This document shows, one piece after another, positions 36,897 through 45,629 of a stretch of DNA of 64,000 bases (within the stretch, counting starts at the first letter, position 1; every line of letters starts with the position of its first letter). This stretch comes from Flavobacteriales bacterium (GTDB lineage: Bacteria; Bacteroidota; Bacteroidia; Flavobacteriales_G; JALEGO01). The stretch spans positions 79,817 to 143,816 of the forward strand of contig JAHDEG010000005.1 in the NCBI GenBank assembly GCA_020628935.1, in the 5' to 3' direction. The position numbers were made by a program, and so were the translations under genes. The notes under the pieces were generated by a model that saw only the letters and a program-made list of their open reading frames with translations, was not told the origin of the DNA and did not search any database.

Positions 36897-39800
36897 TTAT
36901 TTATCCTTTGGTTTTGATTTGAACAGGTCTTTTATTTTGTTAAAGTTTTTTGTGAAAACTAATCCAATACCCTGAGTATACGGAGAATTATTGTTTTGAA
37001 AGATGTTAAAGTCGTTTGATTTATTATATACTTTCACTGCAGTGTTTCCGTTTGGCGTTAATTGATATTCGAGAAAAACATCACTTGCTACACCAGAGGT
37101 GGCTTCATTTACTTCTGAGTTTTGTAAGTTGTTTACAACTCCTAAGTTACCTTCAATTGTAAGTCGGTCGTTAAGCAACTTGGTAGAAAGTGCTACGGCT
37201 ACTTCATTTCCTTCTTGTTCGGTACCTGGTTTATAGTTGAATCCTACATCAACATCGTCACTTAGTTTGGAAAGCCAGTTACTTAATTGGTTGCTTAATG
37301 ATTCGTAAAAGTTATTGCCAACATCACTTGCAATACCTGTATTTGCTTGATCTGTATTTGTGAACCTACCCAAAACAAGTAAGGAGAAAAATTGATCACG
37401 CAGTCTGTCGTCACTGTTTAAGAATGCGTTAAGGGCTGATTGCTCATACGAACTTTCGGAATAGGTAGGTAAATCGATATCAAAATTAATATCAGAATTT
37501 GATAATTCATCTGTCATAATTAGTTTACACTCTACAGGCACTCTTCTGGTGTTATTTGAATCTGTAGGAATTATTCCGGATAATGATGTTCTTAACCTAT
37601 AGGCGGCACGTAAATTAAGGTTTGCCCGATACGGATCGCCTGACCAAGAAATTGAGCTTCCTCTTTGAACTTTAAATTTTTTGCTCGGTAAGTTTTGAAA
37701 CGTAAATAAGTAATCACCTTCGTCAATAATATAATCCCCAAATAGTGTTATATCACCCTTAGAAGAGACTCTCATATTAATGTCTCCGTTTCCCCTTGTC
37801 TTAATCACATCGCCAATTTGTTCATCAAAAATAATTTGGAATTTTGCATTGTCTTTTACTTTAAGTTTTAAAGACATTTCTAAGTTATTTGTAGATAGTT
37901 TTGCAACATTCTCAGTGCTATCACTATTTAAAACTGTATCACTCGGATTTACAAATACGATAAAATCTTTTGTAGATATTTCTCGAGGAGAGCTTAACGG
38001 TAAATTAAAGACTGTGCCATTTGCAGTTTCCCCACTTATTTCGACCAATGTTTTATTGTTGTAGCCACTAATGTTAATGTTTGATGATTTTAAAAAGGCT
38101 GTTCCGTAAAATAAGTCGTTATCTTTTTTAGTAGTATTTAAGTATTTGAAAGATTCATTTGATGATAAGCTCACATCATAATTTATGTCTTTAAATTTAT
38201 CGTGAAATACTGTAGCTGTTAGGTATGCTGTTTTACCTTGAGAATCTTGCACTCTTGCTTCATCAATTCCAATGTACTCAGGGTTAATTTTAATTCTTGT
38301 TTTTTCAATTGTGTATCTTGTTTTTAGATAATCTACTGTAAGTGCACAAGTATCAATGAATACACTACCATCTAAAATAAAATTATCGACTGTTCCTTTT
38401 ACGTCTAAGCTTGTGTTTGCTGTGCCTTTTATGTTTGATGCAATGCCATCTGTGAATGCATTTAATATGTTTAAATCTATTGATGAGGTTAGTAAGCTAA
38501 GATCTACTTTGTTATTTTGTTTTGGATATATTAAACCTGAGCACCTAATATTACTATTAAACTCTTCGTTATTAAAGTTGATATTAATGTCTAGTGCTTC
38601 TTTTTCATCCCTCCATAAACTCTTAATTTCACCATCTCCTAGGGTAACATCATTTACAATTAGCTCTTTAAAATTTAGTCCGCTATTAAAACTAAGCTCG
38701 TTTTTTTCATTTTTTGATAGGCTCACATTTCCGTCAACTAATCCGTCTAAATTTACATCATAGTTGTTGGCTAATAGATTAAATAGATCTAATGAAAAAT
38801 CTTGTAAAACAAGATCGAAGTTAGGTTCCTCAGAAATTAAACCACTACCACTAATTTTGCTCTTTCCATTTTCAATTTTGAAGGTGTTAACTTTGGCGTG
38901 TTTCGTTTCTAACAAATAATCAACTGAGGCAATGATGTTGAATTGTTTCTCATTTTGTTGGATGTACGAATCGTCTTTAAGTTGAATGTTAATTTCCTTC
39001 TCTTTTCTGTCAAACCCTCCTGCGAGATTTATGAGGTTGCTTTGGGTAGTATCTATTAGTGTTTTAAAATTGAAATTACCCGCAGATTGATTTGATCTAA
39101 GGTTCAAAGACAGCTCTGTGTTTGAGTACGAAATATCTTTATTGATTTGAATCTTGTTTGTAGTAACGTCTAGTTTTGCAAGGGAGTCATCGATATAGCC
39201 TAAAGCATTTAGTTGCTGAATTTGATAATTGTTGAATTCAATAGAAGGTGAGTTTATATTAACAAAACCTGATGTTTTGGTGTCTTGATTAATTTTGAAT
39301 TTTAAGTTGGTTCCGTCTGCAATGGTAAGGTTAGGTTGAAAATAATGCAGGATCGGATCTATTTTTTTGAGTGAAATTTCTCCTTTCAAGGGCAATATTT
39401 TATGATTGTTTTTTTTCATTTCTTTTTGTGCATAAAGAGGAATGAATTGATTTACTAAATTTTCAATGTTTTCTGATGTTATTTTACCGTCTAGTGAAGC
39501 TTTAAGTATGTTGCTATTTACATTTAGAACAGCTCTATTTTTGTTTATTTGCTTGTTTGTTATTTCTACTGTATCAACATTTAATTTTTCACTTAATTTA
39601 TTGTTAATATAAAAATCTGTTAGGTATAAATTTCCATTCCAGTATTCAGGGAAGTCGCCAACGATATTTGCGGTTACATTTGCACTAACGGTTGTGTTGA
39701 GGGTATCTTTAACCAGGTTAAGGGCAGAAAGATTTATTTTTTTAACTTTTGAGTTGAAATTCATCTTTTTATCTTCTTCTGAAAAGTCAATAATTCCGTT

Positions 39801-41291
39801 AAAATTAAGCTTTGCATTCGGGTCATTGATGAGCAATTTACCGTCAAAAATATTACTGGCTAAAATTGCATCAAGAGCAATGTTTTGATAGTTGTAATTT
39901 TTATATTCTAGCTGTGAAATTACTCCTTTTACTTTCGAGTTTACAGTATCGTTATTGTAGTTTAAAGAGTATTGAATGTTTGTGGTAATTGTATTAAGGT
40001 CTTTCTTATTTGTTAAAGCTCCAATATTGAACTGTTTAGACTTAATCTCACCATTAGATATTATTCTTTTACTGTTGGTAACATTACTTTTAGTATATAG
40101 TTTTATTTTACCTAGGTTACTATTAAGATCTCCGTCAAGAGTATAGTTATTGCCTGATTTTGCGAGTGTTCCGTTAAACGAGATACGCATTAAACTATCG
40201 AATTGTTGAGGTAATTCAAATGCATCGAATGAGTTTTGTATAAAAGGATTTACGGTATTTATAATTTCTTCGATTTCTTCATTTGATGTAGCTAGTTCAG
40301 AAACATTAATTTGAAGGTTCGTTTTTGATAGATCCTTTTTAATATTTCCGTTTACATTTACATAGAGCTTGGTGTATGTATTGTGATTAAGAGCAAATTC
40401 TTGTAGATGTAATTTATCTTCAAATAAGTTAGCCTTACCTTTTAAAATAAACGTGCTATTTTTATTAAATGAGTAGTTTTTAAGAAAGCTAAAATCATTG
40501 GTATGAATTTCACTTTTGGCTAGGTTGGCTGAAAAATTGGGAAAGTCTCCATTTCCATCCATATCTAACTCTAATGAGGGAAGTTTAATAAACGACTTGT
40601 TACTTTTAATATAAGTGTTATTGGCAGTAACTATATTTTTGTTGATTCTTAACACGGTTTCAAACTCCTTTAGAGTTCCCCAAGTTCCATCAAAGGCAGC
40701 TTGTTCAATATCTATATCCATTTCTGAATCTGGGAACATGGTGTAGTTACCTCGAAGTTCTACGTTTTTAAACTCTGATTTTCCCCACTTAGAGTCATCG
40801 TTTTCATTATTGTATTTAACGAATGTATTTGATACAGAAATATTATTGAATGTAAGTTTAATAAGTTCTGAAGTTTCTGTTTCTGAGCTGTCTGCGTTTA
40901 AGTTATTTATAAATACTTCATAATTGGCGAGCGAGTCTCCTTTATAGAGCTTAAGGTTTAAAACAGCTTTAGAAACTTTTAGCTCATTTAAAATTATATC
41001 CTTAAAGTTAAATAGGTAAACAGGTAATCTTGTATCAATTTTTTCGGCAAAAAGTAATGTGTCTTGCTTGTAATCTTTTATAAGAATATTGCTGATGTTA
41101 ACTTTTCTATTGGAATGTACATCAATGTCTGATATTGATACATCTGCATTTAATAGGCTACTTAACGATTGATTTCCGTATGATATAGCTTTTTGTTTAA
41201 TGCTATCAATTTGTAATAGTAATGCAGTGGCTACTGGTATAAGCAGTAGAATTACTATAATGATAAGTGCTATTTTAATTATACGTCTAAT
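36897..41291 (-). CDS. tamB: Translocation and assembly module protein TamB (DUF490-type), start codon uncertain
   Basis: The track ORF 36897..40739 (1280 aa) is beta-rich with a TamB-like C-terminus. The same frame stays open for 187 more codons upstream, checked codon by codon with no stop, up to the bshB1 stop. That extension encodes the expected signal anchor RRIIKIALIIIVILLLIPVATALLLQ. It contains no ATG/GTG/TTG, so the start is placed provisionally at ATT 41291. Confidence 0.7.
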   Translation of the reverse strand: MRRIIKIALIIIVILLLIPVATALLLQIDSIKQKAISYGNQSLSSLLNADVSISDIDVHSNRKVNISNILIKDYKQDTLLFAEKIDTRLPVYLFNFKDIILNELKVSKAVLNLKLYKGDSLANYEVFINNLNADSSETETSELIKLTFNNISVSNTFVKYNNENDDSKWGKSEFKNVELRGNYTMFPDSEMDIDIEQAAFDGTWGTLKEFETVLRINKNIVTANNTYIKSNKSFIKLPSLELDMDGNGDFPNFSANLAKSEIHTNDFSFLKNYSFNKNSTFILKGKANLFEDKLHLQEFALNHNTYTKLYVNVNGNIKKDLSKTNLQINVSELATSNEEIEEIINTVNPFIQNSFDAFELPQQFDSLMRISFNGTLAKSGNNYTLDGDLNSNLGKIKLYTKSNVTNSKRIISNGEIKSKQFNIGALTNKKDLNTITTNIQYSLNYNNDTVNSKVKGVISQLEYKNYNYQNIALDAILASNIFDGKLLINDPNAKLNFNGIIDFSEEDKKMNFNSKVKKINLSALNLVKDTLNTTVSANVTANIVGDFPEYWNGNLYLTDFYINNKLSEKLNVDTVEITNKQINKNRAVLNVNSNILKASLDGKITSENIENLVNQFIPLYAQKEMKKNNHKILPLKGEISLKKIDPILHYFQPNLTIADGTNLKFKINQDTKTSGFVNINSPSIEFNNYQIQQLNALGYIDDSLAKLDVTTNKIQINKDISYSNTELSLNLRSNQSAGNFNFKTLIDTTQSNLINLAGGFDRKEKEINIQLKDDSYIQQNEKQFNIIASVDYLLETKHAKVNTFKIENGKSKISGSGLISEEPNFDLVLQDFSLDLFNLLANNYDVNLDGLVDGNVSLSKNEKNELSFNSGLNFKELIVNDVTLGDGEIKSLWRDEKEALDININFNNEEFNSNIRCSGLIYPKQNNKVDLSLLTSSIDLNILNAFTDGIASNIKGTANTSLDVKGTVDNFILDGSVFIDTCALTVDYLKTRYTIEKTRIKINPEYIGIDEARVQDSQGKTAYLTATVFHDKFKDINYDVSLSSNESFKYLNTTKKDNDLFYGTAFLKSSNINISGYNNKTLVEISGETANGTVFNLPLSSPREISTKDFIVFVNPSDTVLNSDSTENVAKLSTNNLEMSLKLKVKDNAKFQIIFDEQIGDVIKTRGNGDINMRVSSKGDITLFGDYIIDEGDYLFTFQNLPSKKFKVQRGSSISWSGDPYRANLNLRAAYRLRTSLSGIIPTDSNNTRRVPVECKLIMTDELSNSDINFDIDLPTYSESSYEQSALNAFLNSDDRLRDQFFSLLVLGRFTNTDQANTGIASDVGNNFYESLSNQLSNWLSKLSDDVDVGFNYKPGTEQEGNEVAVALSTKLLNDRLTIEGNLGVVNNLQNSEVNEATSGVASDVFLEYQLTPNGNTAVKVYNKSNDFNIFQNNNSPYTQGIGLVFTKNFNKIKDLFKSKPKDK

Positions 41292-41300
41292 CCGCGTATT

Positions 41301-42017
41301 TTAAATTAGTTTGGTTAAATCGTTTACACCTATTGCCCGTTCGTAAGTAAATCCTTCACCATATTTTTTTTTAATTATCCTGCCAAAATCTCTTGCTCTT
41401 GCTTCAATAAAATAATGAAAATCTTCAGATGATATTGGGGTTGCTGGTTCTTTGGAGTTTGGATTGAAAAATTGTGTTTTAAAACAGGCTATCGCTTTTT
41501 GTTTGGTTTCAAATTCTTTTGTTATATCAACCACAATATTTGGGTGGATGTAATTATCTTGGATGTAGTGTAAAACCATTTTTGGTCTCCACTCCTGTAT
41601 GTTACTGGTTTTTATTTTTTTTAATCCTGCTAAAAAGCATGCTTTTGAAACCAGTTTTCCTCCTACACCATGATCTGGGTGCCTATCGGGAGAATTGCAT
41701 AGTATTATTTCGGGTTGGTATTTTCTTATTGCAGTTATTACTTTTAACAGGTTTTCTTCGGTTATTGAGAAAAAGCCATCCTTCATACCTAAATTTTCAC
41801 GAGCTGATAATTTTAATACTTTAGAAGATTCGTTTGCCTCTTCTTTACGAGTAATTGGAGTTCCTCTTGTGCCTAATTCACCTTGAGTTAAGTCAATAAT
41901 ACCTATTTTTTTACCAGCTTTTTGGTGTTTTATTAAGGTTCCGGCAGCGGCAAGTTCAATGTCGTCAGGATGAGCAGCAAATGCTAAAATATCAAGTTTC
42001 ATAGGTGAAAAATTCAA
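41301..42017 (-). CDS. bshB1: Bacillithiol biosynthesis deacetylase BshB1 (LmbE/PIG-L family)
   Basis: LDILAFAAHPDDIELAAAGTLIKH...IDLTQGELGTRGT and HPDH motifs. 238 aa. Confidence 0.8.
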   Translation of the reverse strand: MNFSPMKLDILAFAAHPDDIELAAAGTLIKHQKAGKKIGIIDLTQGELGTRGTPITRKEEANESSKVLKLSARENLGMKDGFFSITEENLLKVITAIRKYQPEIILCNSPDRHPDHGVGGKLVSKACFLAGLKKIKTSNIQEWRPKMVLHYIQDNYIHPNIVVDITKEFETKQKAIACFKTQFFNPNSKEPATPISSEDFHYFIEARARDFGRIIKKKYGEGFTYERAIGVNDLTKLI

Positions 42018-42132
42018 TACCTTCTAAGTTAAGAAATATCCTTTTACACCCATTGATTTTAAAGGGATTAAGTGCAGATAAATATTCGATTTTTTTTATA
42101 GTAGATTACAAAGAATACATTTTTAAAAAGCG

Positions 42133-42140
42133 TAATTTTG
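42133..42140 (+). promoter_or_regulatory. Candidate -7 box (TAatTTTG) immediately upstream of the ccmB ATG
   Basis: taattttg matches TAnnTTTG and ends 4 nt before ATG 42145. This is the same geometry as at ltaE. Confidence 0.3.
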
Positions 42141-42144
42141 AAAA

Positions 42145-42795
42145 ATGAAGCCAATTATAACTTTATTGCGAAAAGAAATGCTCGTTGAGCTGCGTAATAA
42201 GGGTAGCTTTTATGCCAATTTAATATTTGTATTGGCCAGTACTTATATTGTTAGTTTGTTAATTGGCGATGGGTACAATTTAAAGGTTTGGAGTGCTATT
42301 TTTTGGGTTGTAATGATGTTTACATCCTTTAATATTACACTTAATAATAGTTTAAAAGAGGGTAGGGGAAGACTTTTGTATCAGTACACACTTTTTAAGC
42401 CTTGGCAGTATTTTACAGCTAAGTTTTTATGGTTTTCAATATTTATTACAGTATTAAATGTAATTGGTTTTGGTATTTGGATGGTTTTGGGTGTTGCTTT
42501 TCAGAATATTGGATTGTTTTTTTGTGTTTTGCTACTTAATAGTATAGTGTTTTCATCTTTACTCGCGCTGATGTCGTTCTTAAGTGCAAAAGCAGGTGGA
42601 GGATTTGCGCTTATGTCTATTTTAAGTTTACCAATTTTAATTCCTGACTTATTGCTTGTGGCTAAGCTAAGTACCTTTGTTTTGGATGGATTTGCCTATG
42701 CTGTTTATAGTAAATATTTTATTGCATTAGGTATGCTTTCTGTGATTTCATTAACATTAGGTTTGGTATTATTTCCATACCTTTGGAGGGAGTAA
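42145..42795 (+). CDS. ccmB: Heme exporter permease CcmB-like
   Basis: 216 aa with 6 hydrophobic segments, directly upstream of ccmC/ccmE. The assignment rests on context plus topology. Confidence 0.6.
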   Translation: MKPIITLLRKEMLVELRNKGSFYANLIFVLASTYIVSLLIGDGYNLKVWSAIFWVVMMFTSFNITLNNSLKEGRGRLLYQYTLFKPWQYFTAKFLWFSIFITVLNVIGFGIWMVLGVAFQNIGLFFCVLLLNSIVFSSLLALMSFLSAKAGGGFALMSILSLPILIPDLLLVAKLSTFVLDGFAYAVYSKYFIALGMLSVISLTLGLVLFPYLWRE

Positions 42796-42809
42796 TTTAG
42801 TAGAGCTTT

Positions 42810-43484
42810 ATGAAGTCGTATTGGTGGAAAATTATTTGTGTTTTGTTGTTGTTATATACCGAAATGATGGGGTTTTTAGGGCCTGTTCCTGCCAGAGCAA
42901 TGTTAAACGAAACAATTCGTAATTTATATTTTCATGTACCAATGTGGTTTGCTATGATTGCCTTGTTTACTGCAGGGGTTGTTTATAGTATTCAGTATTT
43001 GAGTACTCCAACTGAAGAAAAAGATATTAAAGCTAATGGATTTATGCTTGTAGGCTTAGTAATGGGGCTTCTAGGGCTTTTTACAGGGATGGTTTGGGCT
43101 AAGTTTACTTGGGGAAACTGGTGGGCAAAAGATCCTAAATTATATGGTTCGGCAATTACCCTATTGATGTATATGGCTTACTTTGTTTTAAAAACATCTA
43201 CAACTGATAAAAAGCTAGGAGCTAAATTTGCGGCTGTGTACTCTATTATAGCATACGTTATGCAGTTGGTTCTTATTATGGTAATACCAAGAATTGTAGA
43301 TTCTTTGCACCCTGGTAATGGTGGCAACCCTGCTTTTAGTAATTACGATTTAGATTCAAGTATGCGAATGGTTTTTTATCCTGCTGTTATTGGTTGGATA
43401 CTTTTAGGTGTATGGTTTTCTCAGATTTACGTTAGGACTAAAAAAATAGAGTTAAAATGGAAAAAACAAGATTTAGGACTGTAG
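42810..43484 (+). CDS. ccmC: Heme exporter/cytochrome c assembly protein CcmC
   Basis: Trp-rich WWD-type motif WAKFTWGNWWAKDPKL plus flanking conserved His residues. 224 aa. Confidence 0.8.
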   Translation: MKSYWWKIICVLLLLYTEMMGFLGPVPARAMLNETIRNLYFHVPMWFAMIALFTAGVVYSIQYLSTPTEEKDIKANGFMLVGLVMGLLGLFTGMVWAKFTWGNWWAKDPKLYGSAITLLMYMAYFVLKTSTTDKKLGAKFAAVYSIIAYVMQLVLIMVIPRIVDSLHPGNGGNPAFSNYDLDSSMRMVFYPAVIGWILLGVWFSQIYVRTKKIELKWKKQDLGL

Positions 43485-43669
43485 CTTTTTTGATTTCATT
43501 TTTATTGATGAATTCTTTTTCTGCCGTGGCAGCACCCGAAATGGCCGATTCTTTTAGAGCTGATGGTAAAATATATGTTGTAGTTGCCGTTGTGTGTATT
43601 ATATTAATTGGTTTGTTTGCTCTTTTATTTTGGATGGATAGAAGATTAACTAAACTTGAAAAAAAGTAG
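43457..43669 (+). CDS. CcmD-like small membrane protein (Bacteroidota alternative CcmD)
   Basis: 70 aa. N-terminal signal-like segment and C-terminal TM followed by a basic tail (FWMDRRLTKLEKK). Sits between ccmC and ccmE. Confidence 0.55.
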   Translation: MEKTRFRTVAFLISFLLMNSFSAVAAPEMADSFRADGKIYVVVAVVCIILIGLFALLFWMDRRLTKLEKK

Positions 43670-43673
43670 TAAC

Positions 43674-44069
43674 ATGAAAAAAGTACATATTATAGCTATC
43701 TTTTTTATTGCAATAAGCATTGGTGTAATGACAATTACTTTAGTAGATTCTAGTACTTATGCTAATTTTACCGAGGCGTTTGAGGAAGAGGGGAAAGAGT
43801 TTCATGTTGTAGGAAAGTTAAATAAAGAGATACCTTATTCGTATGAGCCAGAGGTTAACCCAAATGTTTTTCAGTTTCATATGATTGATATGGATGGTGA
43901 AAAACGTAAAGTAATTCTTAAAAAAAGTAAGCCTCAAGATTTTGATGCTTCGGAACAAATTGTTTTAATTGGGAGAGCTAAAGGTGATGTTTTTGTAGCT
44001 AACGACATTTTAATGAAATGCCCATCTAAGTATAATAATGCAGATGATCAGACATTAGGTAGTTTGTAA
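43674..44069 (+). CDS. ccmE: Cytochrome c maturation heme chaperone CcmE, CxxxY variant
   Basis: N-terminal TM anchor and OB-fold-like core (FHVVGKL...IVLIGRAKGDVFVANDILMKCPSKY). C-P-S-K-Y replaces the canonical HxxxY heme-binding motif. The ATG at 43674 is preferred over the TTG at 43656 used by the track. Confidence 0.75.
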   Translation: MKKVHIIAIFFIAISIGVMTITLVDSSTYANFTEAFEEEGKEFHVVGKLNKEIPYSYEPEVNPNVFQFHMIDMDGEKRKVILKKSKPQDFDASEQIVLIGRAKGDVFVANDILMKCPSKYNNADDQTLGSL

Positions 44070-44336
44070 TTTTAATAACGAATCCAATTTACATTCTTGC
44101 TCAACTCTTTGAGTTATGTAACCATCATATACATCTTCTGAAGAGCTGTATTCAAAGTCTTCACATGCTTCTTCGGCATTTTTTCCTGAACCTTTGATGT
44201 CAAATGATTCAGTGAACTCGTTAGAAATATTATCTCCATCAACAGAAATTGTCGTTTTAATTTCACACTCACAGGTGTATTCTTTTGCACATGAAATTGA
44301 TAATAATGATTCTGTACCAAATTATAAGAATAACAT
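44055..44336 (-). pseudogene. Small Cys-rich putative lipoprotein gene interrupted by an in-frame TAA at codon 5
   Basis: The minus strand reads ATG TTA TTC TTA TAA, then 88 open codons (checked one by one): FGTESLLSISCAKEYTCECEIKTT...EEACEDFEY...VEQECKLDSLLKLQTT. There is no start codon after the TAA. Not in the ORF track. Confidence 0.35.
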
Positions 44337-44382
44337 TTCAGTTATGCTTTGTTTAATTAATCGCAAATGTGTGTTTTAGAGC

Positions 44383-44411
44383 AAAAAAAAAAGGCCAGTG
44401 AAACTGGCCTT
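44383..44411 (-). terminator. Rho-independent terminator (bidirectional hairpin) after the 44422 lipoprotein gene
   Basis: a10-aaggccagt-gaa-actggcctt. A perfect 9-bp GC-rich stem with a 3-nt loop, followed on the minus strand by a T10 run, 10 nt after the stop at 44422. Confidence 0.85.
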
Positions 44412-44421
44412 TGCTTTATGA

Positions 44422-44862
44422 TTATTTTTTTTCTAGTTCCATTTCAAAACCGTCTCCATCTCCATCATCATACTCAATGGTAAGTTCCTTTTTTTCTAGT
44501 TCAATCTCTGTTTCAGTTGTGAACTCATATCCATCTTCGTCAATGAATGTAATAAACATTTTATCACCACCTTGACTTACGGTGTATCGAATGTCTTGTT
44601 TGTCAGTTTCCGTAATATCAACCCCAAAGAAGTCTTCATATTTGTATGTTAATTCATATTTACCTGAACATTCTTCTTTTGTAGACTTACAATCATCAAA
44701 TTCCATTTCTCCATCAATTAGTGTTCTGGTTGTTGAAGATCCGATCCATTTGTAACTGGTGATTTCCCATTCACCCTCTAGTTTATTTGTTGTTGCTTGA
44801 TCTTTATTACATGCAGCTAGTAATAACGAGCTTGCAGCAAATGCTAAAAATAATTTTTTCAT
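44422..44862 (-). CDS. Small acidic lipoprotein (paralog 1)
   Basis: 146 aa. Lipobox MKKLFLAFAASSLLLAAC. LEGEWEITSY, EFDDCKSTKEECSGKYEL. Asp/Glu-rich C-terminus. Confidence 0.7.
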   Translation of the reverse strand: MKKLFLAFAASSLLLAACNKDQATTNKLEGEWEITSYKWIGSSTTRTLIDGEMEFDDCKSTKEECSGKYELTYKYEDFFGVDITETDKQDIRYTVSQGGDKMFITFIDEDGYEFTTETEIELEKKELTIEYDDGDGDGFEMELEKK

Positions 44863-44884
44863 TTTGTTTTATTTTTTTAATAGT

Positions 44885-45322
44885 TTATTTTCTTTCTAAT
44901 TTCCACTCCATCATAAAGCCATCTCCATCGTCATGCTTTATTTCAAGGTCATCTTTTTCTAGCGTGATTTCTGTTTCAAGTGTAGTTTCATATCCATCTT
45001 CATCAATAAGTGTTAAAAACATTTTGTCACCTCCTTGGTTAACAGAATACCTTAAATCGAAGTCTAATTCTTGAGTGTATTCATATGAGCCATAATCGAA
45101 AGTTATTTCTAACTCGTGTTTGCCTGTGCATTCTTCTTTATTAGTTTTGCAATCATCGAATTCCATTGATCCATCTACATCTGAAGAATTATATTCTTCA
45201 CCAGAAATATCAAAGTCAACAATTTCCCATTCACCTGCTAACTTGTTAGTGGTTTTCTGATCCTTATCGCAACTAGCTAACATTAAAGAGCTTGCTGCAA
45301 ATACTAAAAATAATTTTTTCAT
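44885..45322 (-). CDS. Small acidic lipoprotein (paralog 2)
   Basis: From ATG 45322: MKKLFLVFAASSLMLASC lipobox. LAGEWEIVDF, EFDDCKTNKEECTGKHEL. Colinear with paralog 1. The track start at 45370 adds 16 implausible residues. Confidence 0.7.
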   Translation of the reverse strand: MKKLFLVFAASSLMLASCDKDQKTTNKLAGEWEIVDFDISGEEYNSSDVDGSMEFDDCKTNKEECTGKHELEITFDYGSYEYTQELDFDLRYSVNQGGDKMFLTLIDEDGYETTLETEITLEKDDLEIKHDDGDGFMMEWKLERK

Positions 45323-45629
45323 GTTGTTTGGTTTATTTTGTGCGAATTTACGGAATATTAATAATAACAAGCAACCCTTTGATGAATGTGCAAAACAAAC
45401 TAAACTAGCAAATTAGGTTTAAGCATTCTAGAATAATTTAAAAAATGTGGTATGAAGACCTAGTAAAACATAGAAGCTACGAACTTTGTGAGTAGATCAC
45501 TTGGTTGCACTTGGTTTTTATACCATGTTTTTTGGGTTATTATAGTAAGCGATTCGCACTGTTATATTACAACTTTGTTAACAATATCATAATACTCCTT
45601 ATTTATAGAAAAATGGTTGAACTTATCCT

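Noticed and set aside
38356-38763. 135-aa plus-strand ORF antisense to tamB, and similar antisense ORFs at 48190..48684, 10412..11227, 20047..20831 and 53474..53740
   Set aside because: They lie fully inside well-supported genes on the other strand and have low-complexity Ser/Leu/Phe-rich translations. There is no independent start or promoter evidence.
36897-40739. Track ORF taken as the complete TamB gene
   Set aside because: It would lack the N-terminal membrane anchor. The frame is demonstrably open for 187 more codons that encode that anchor.
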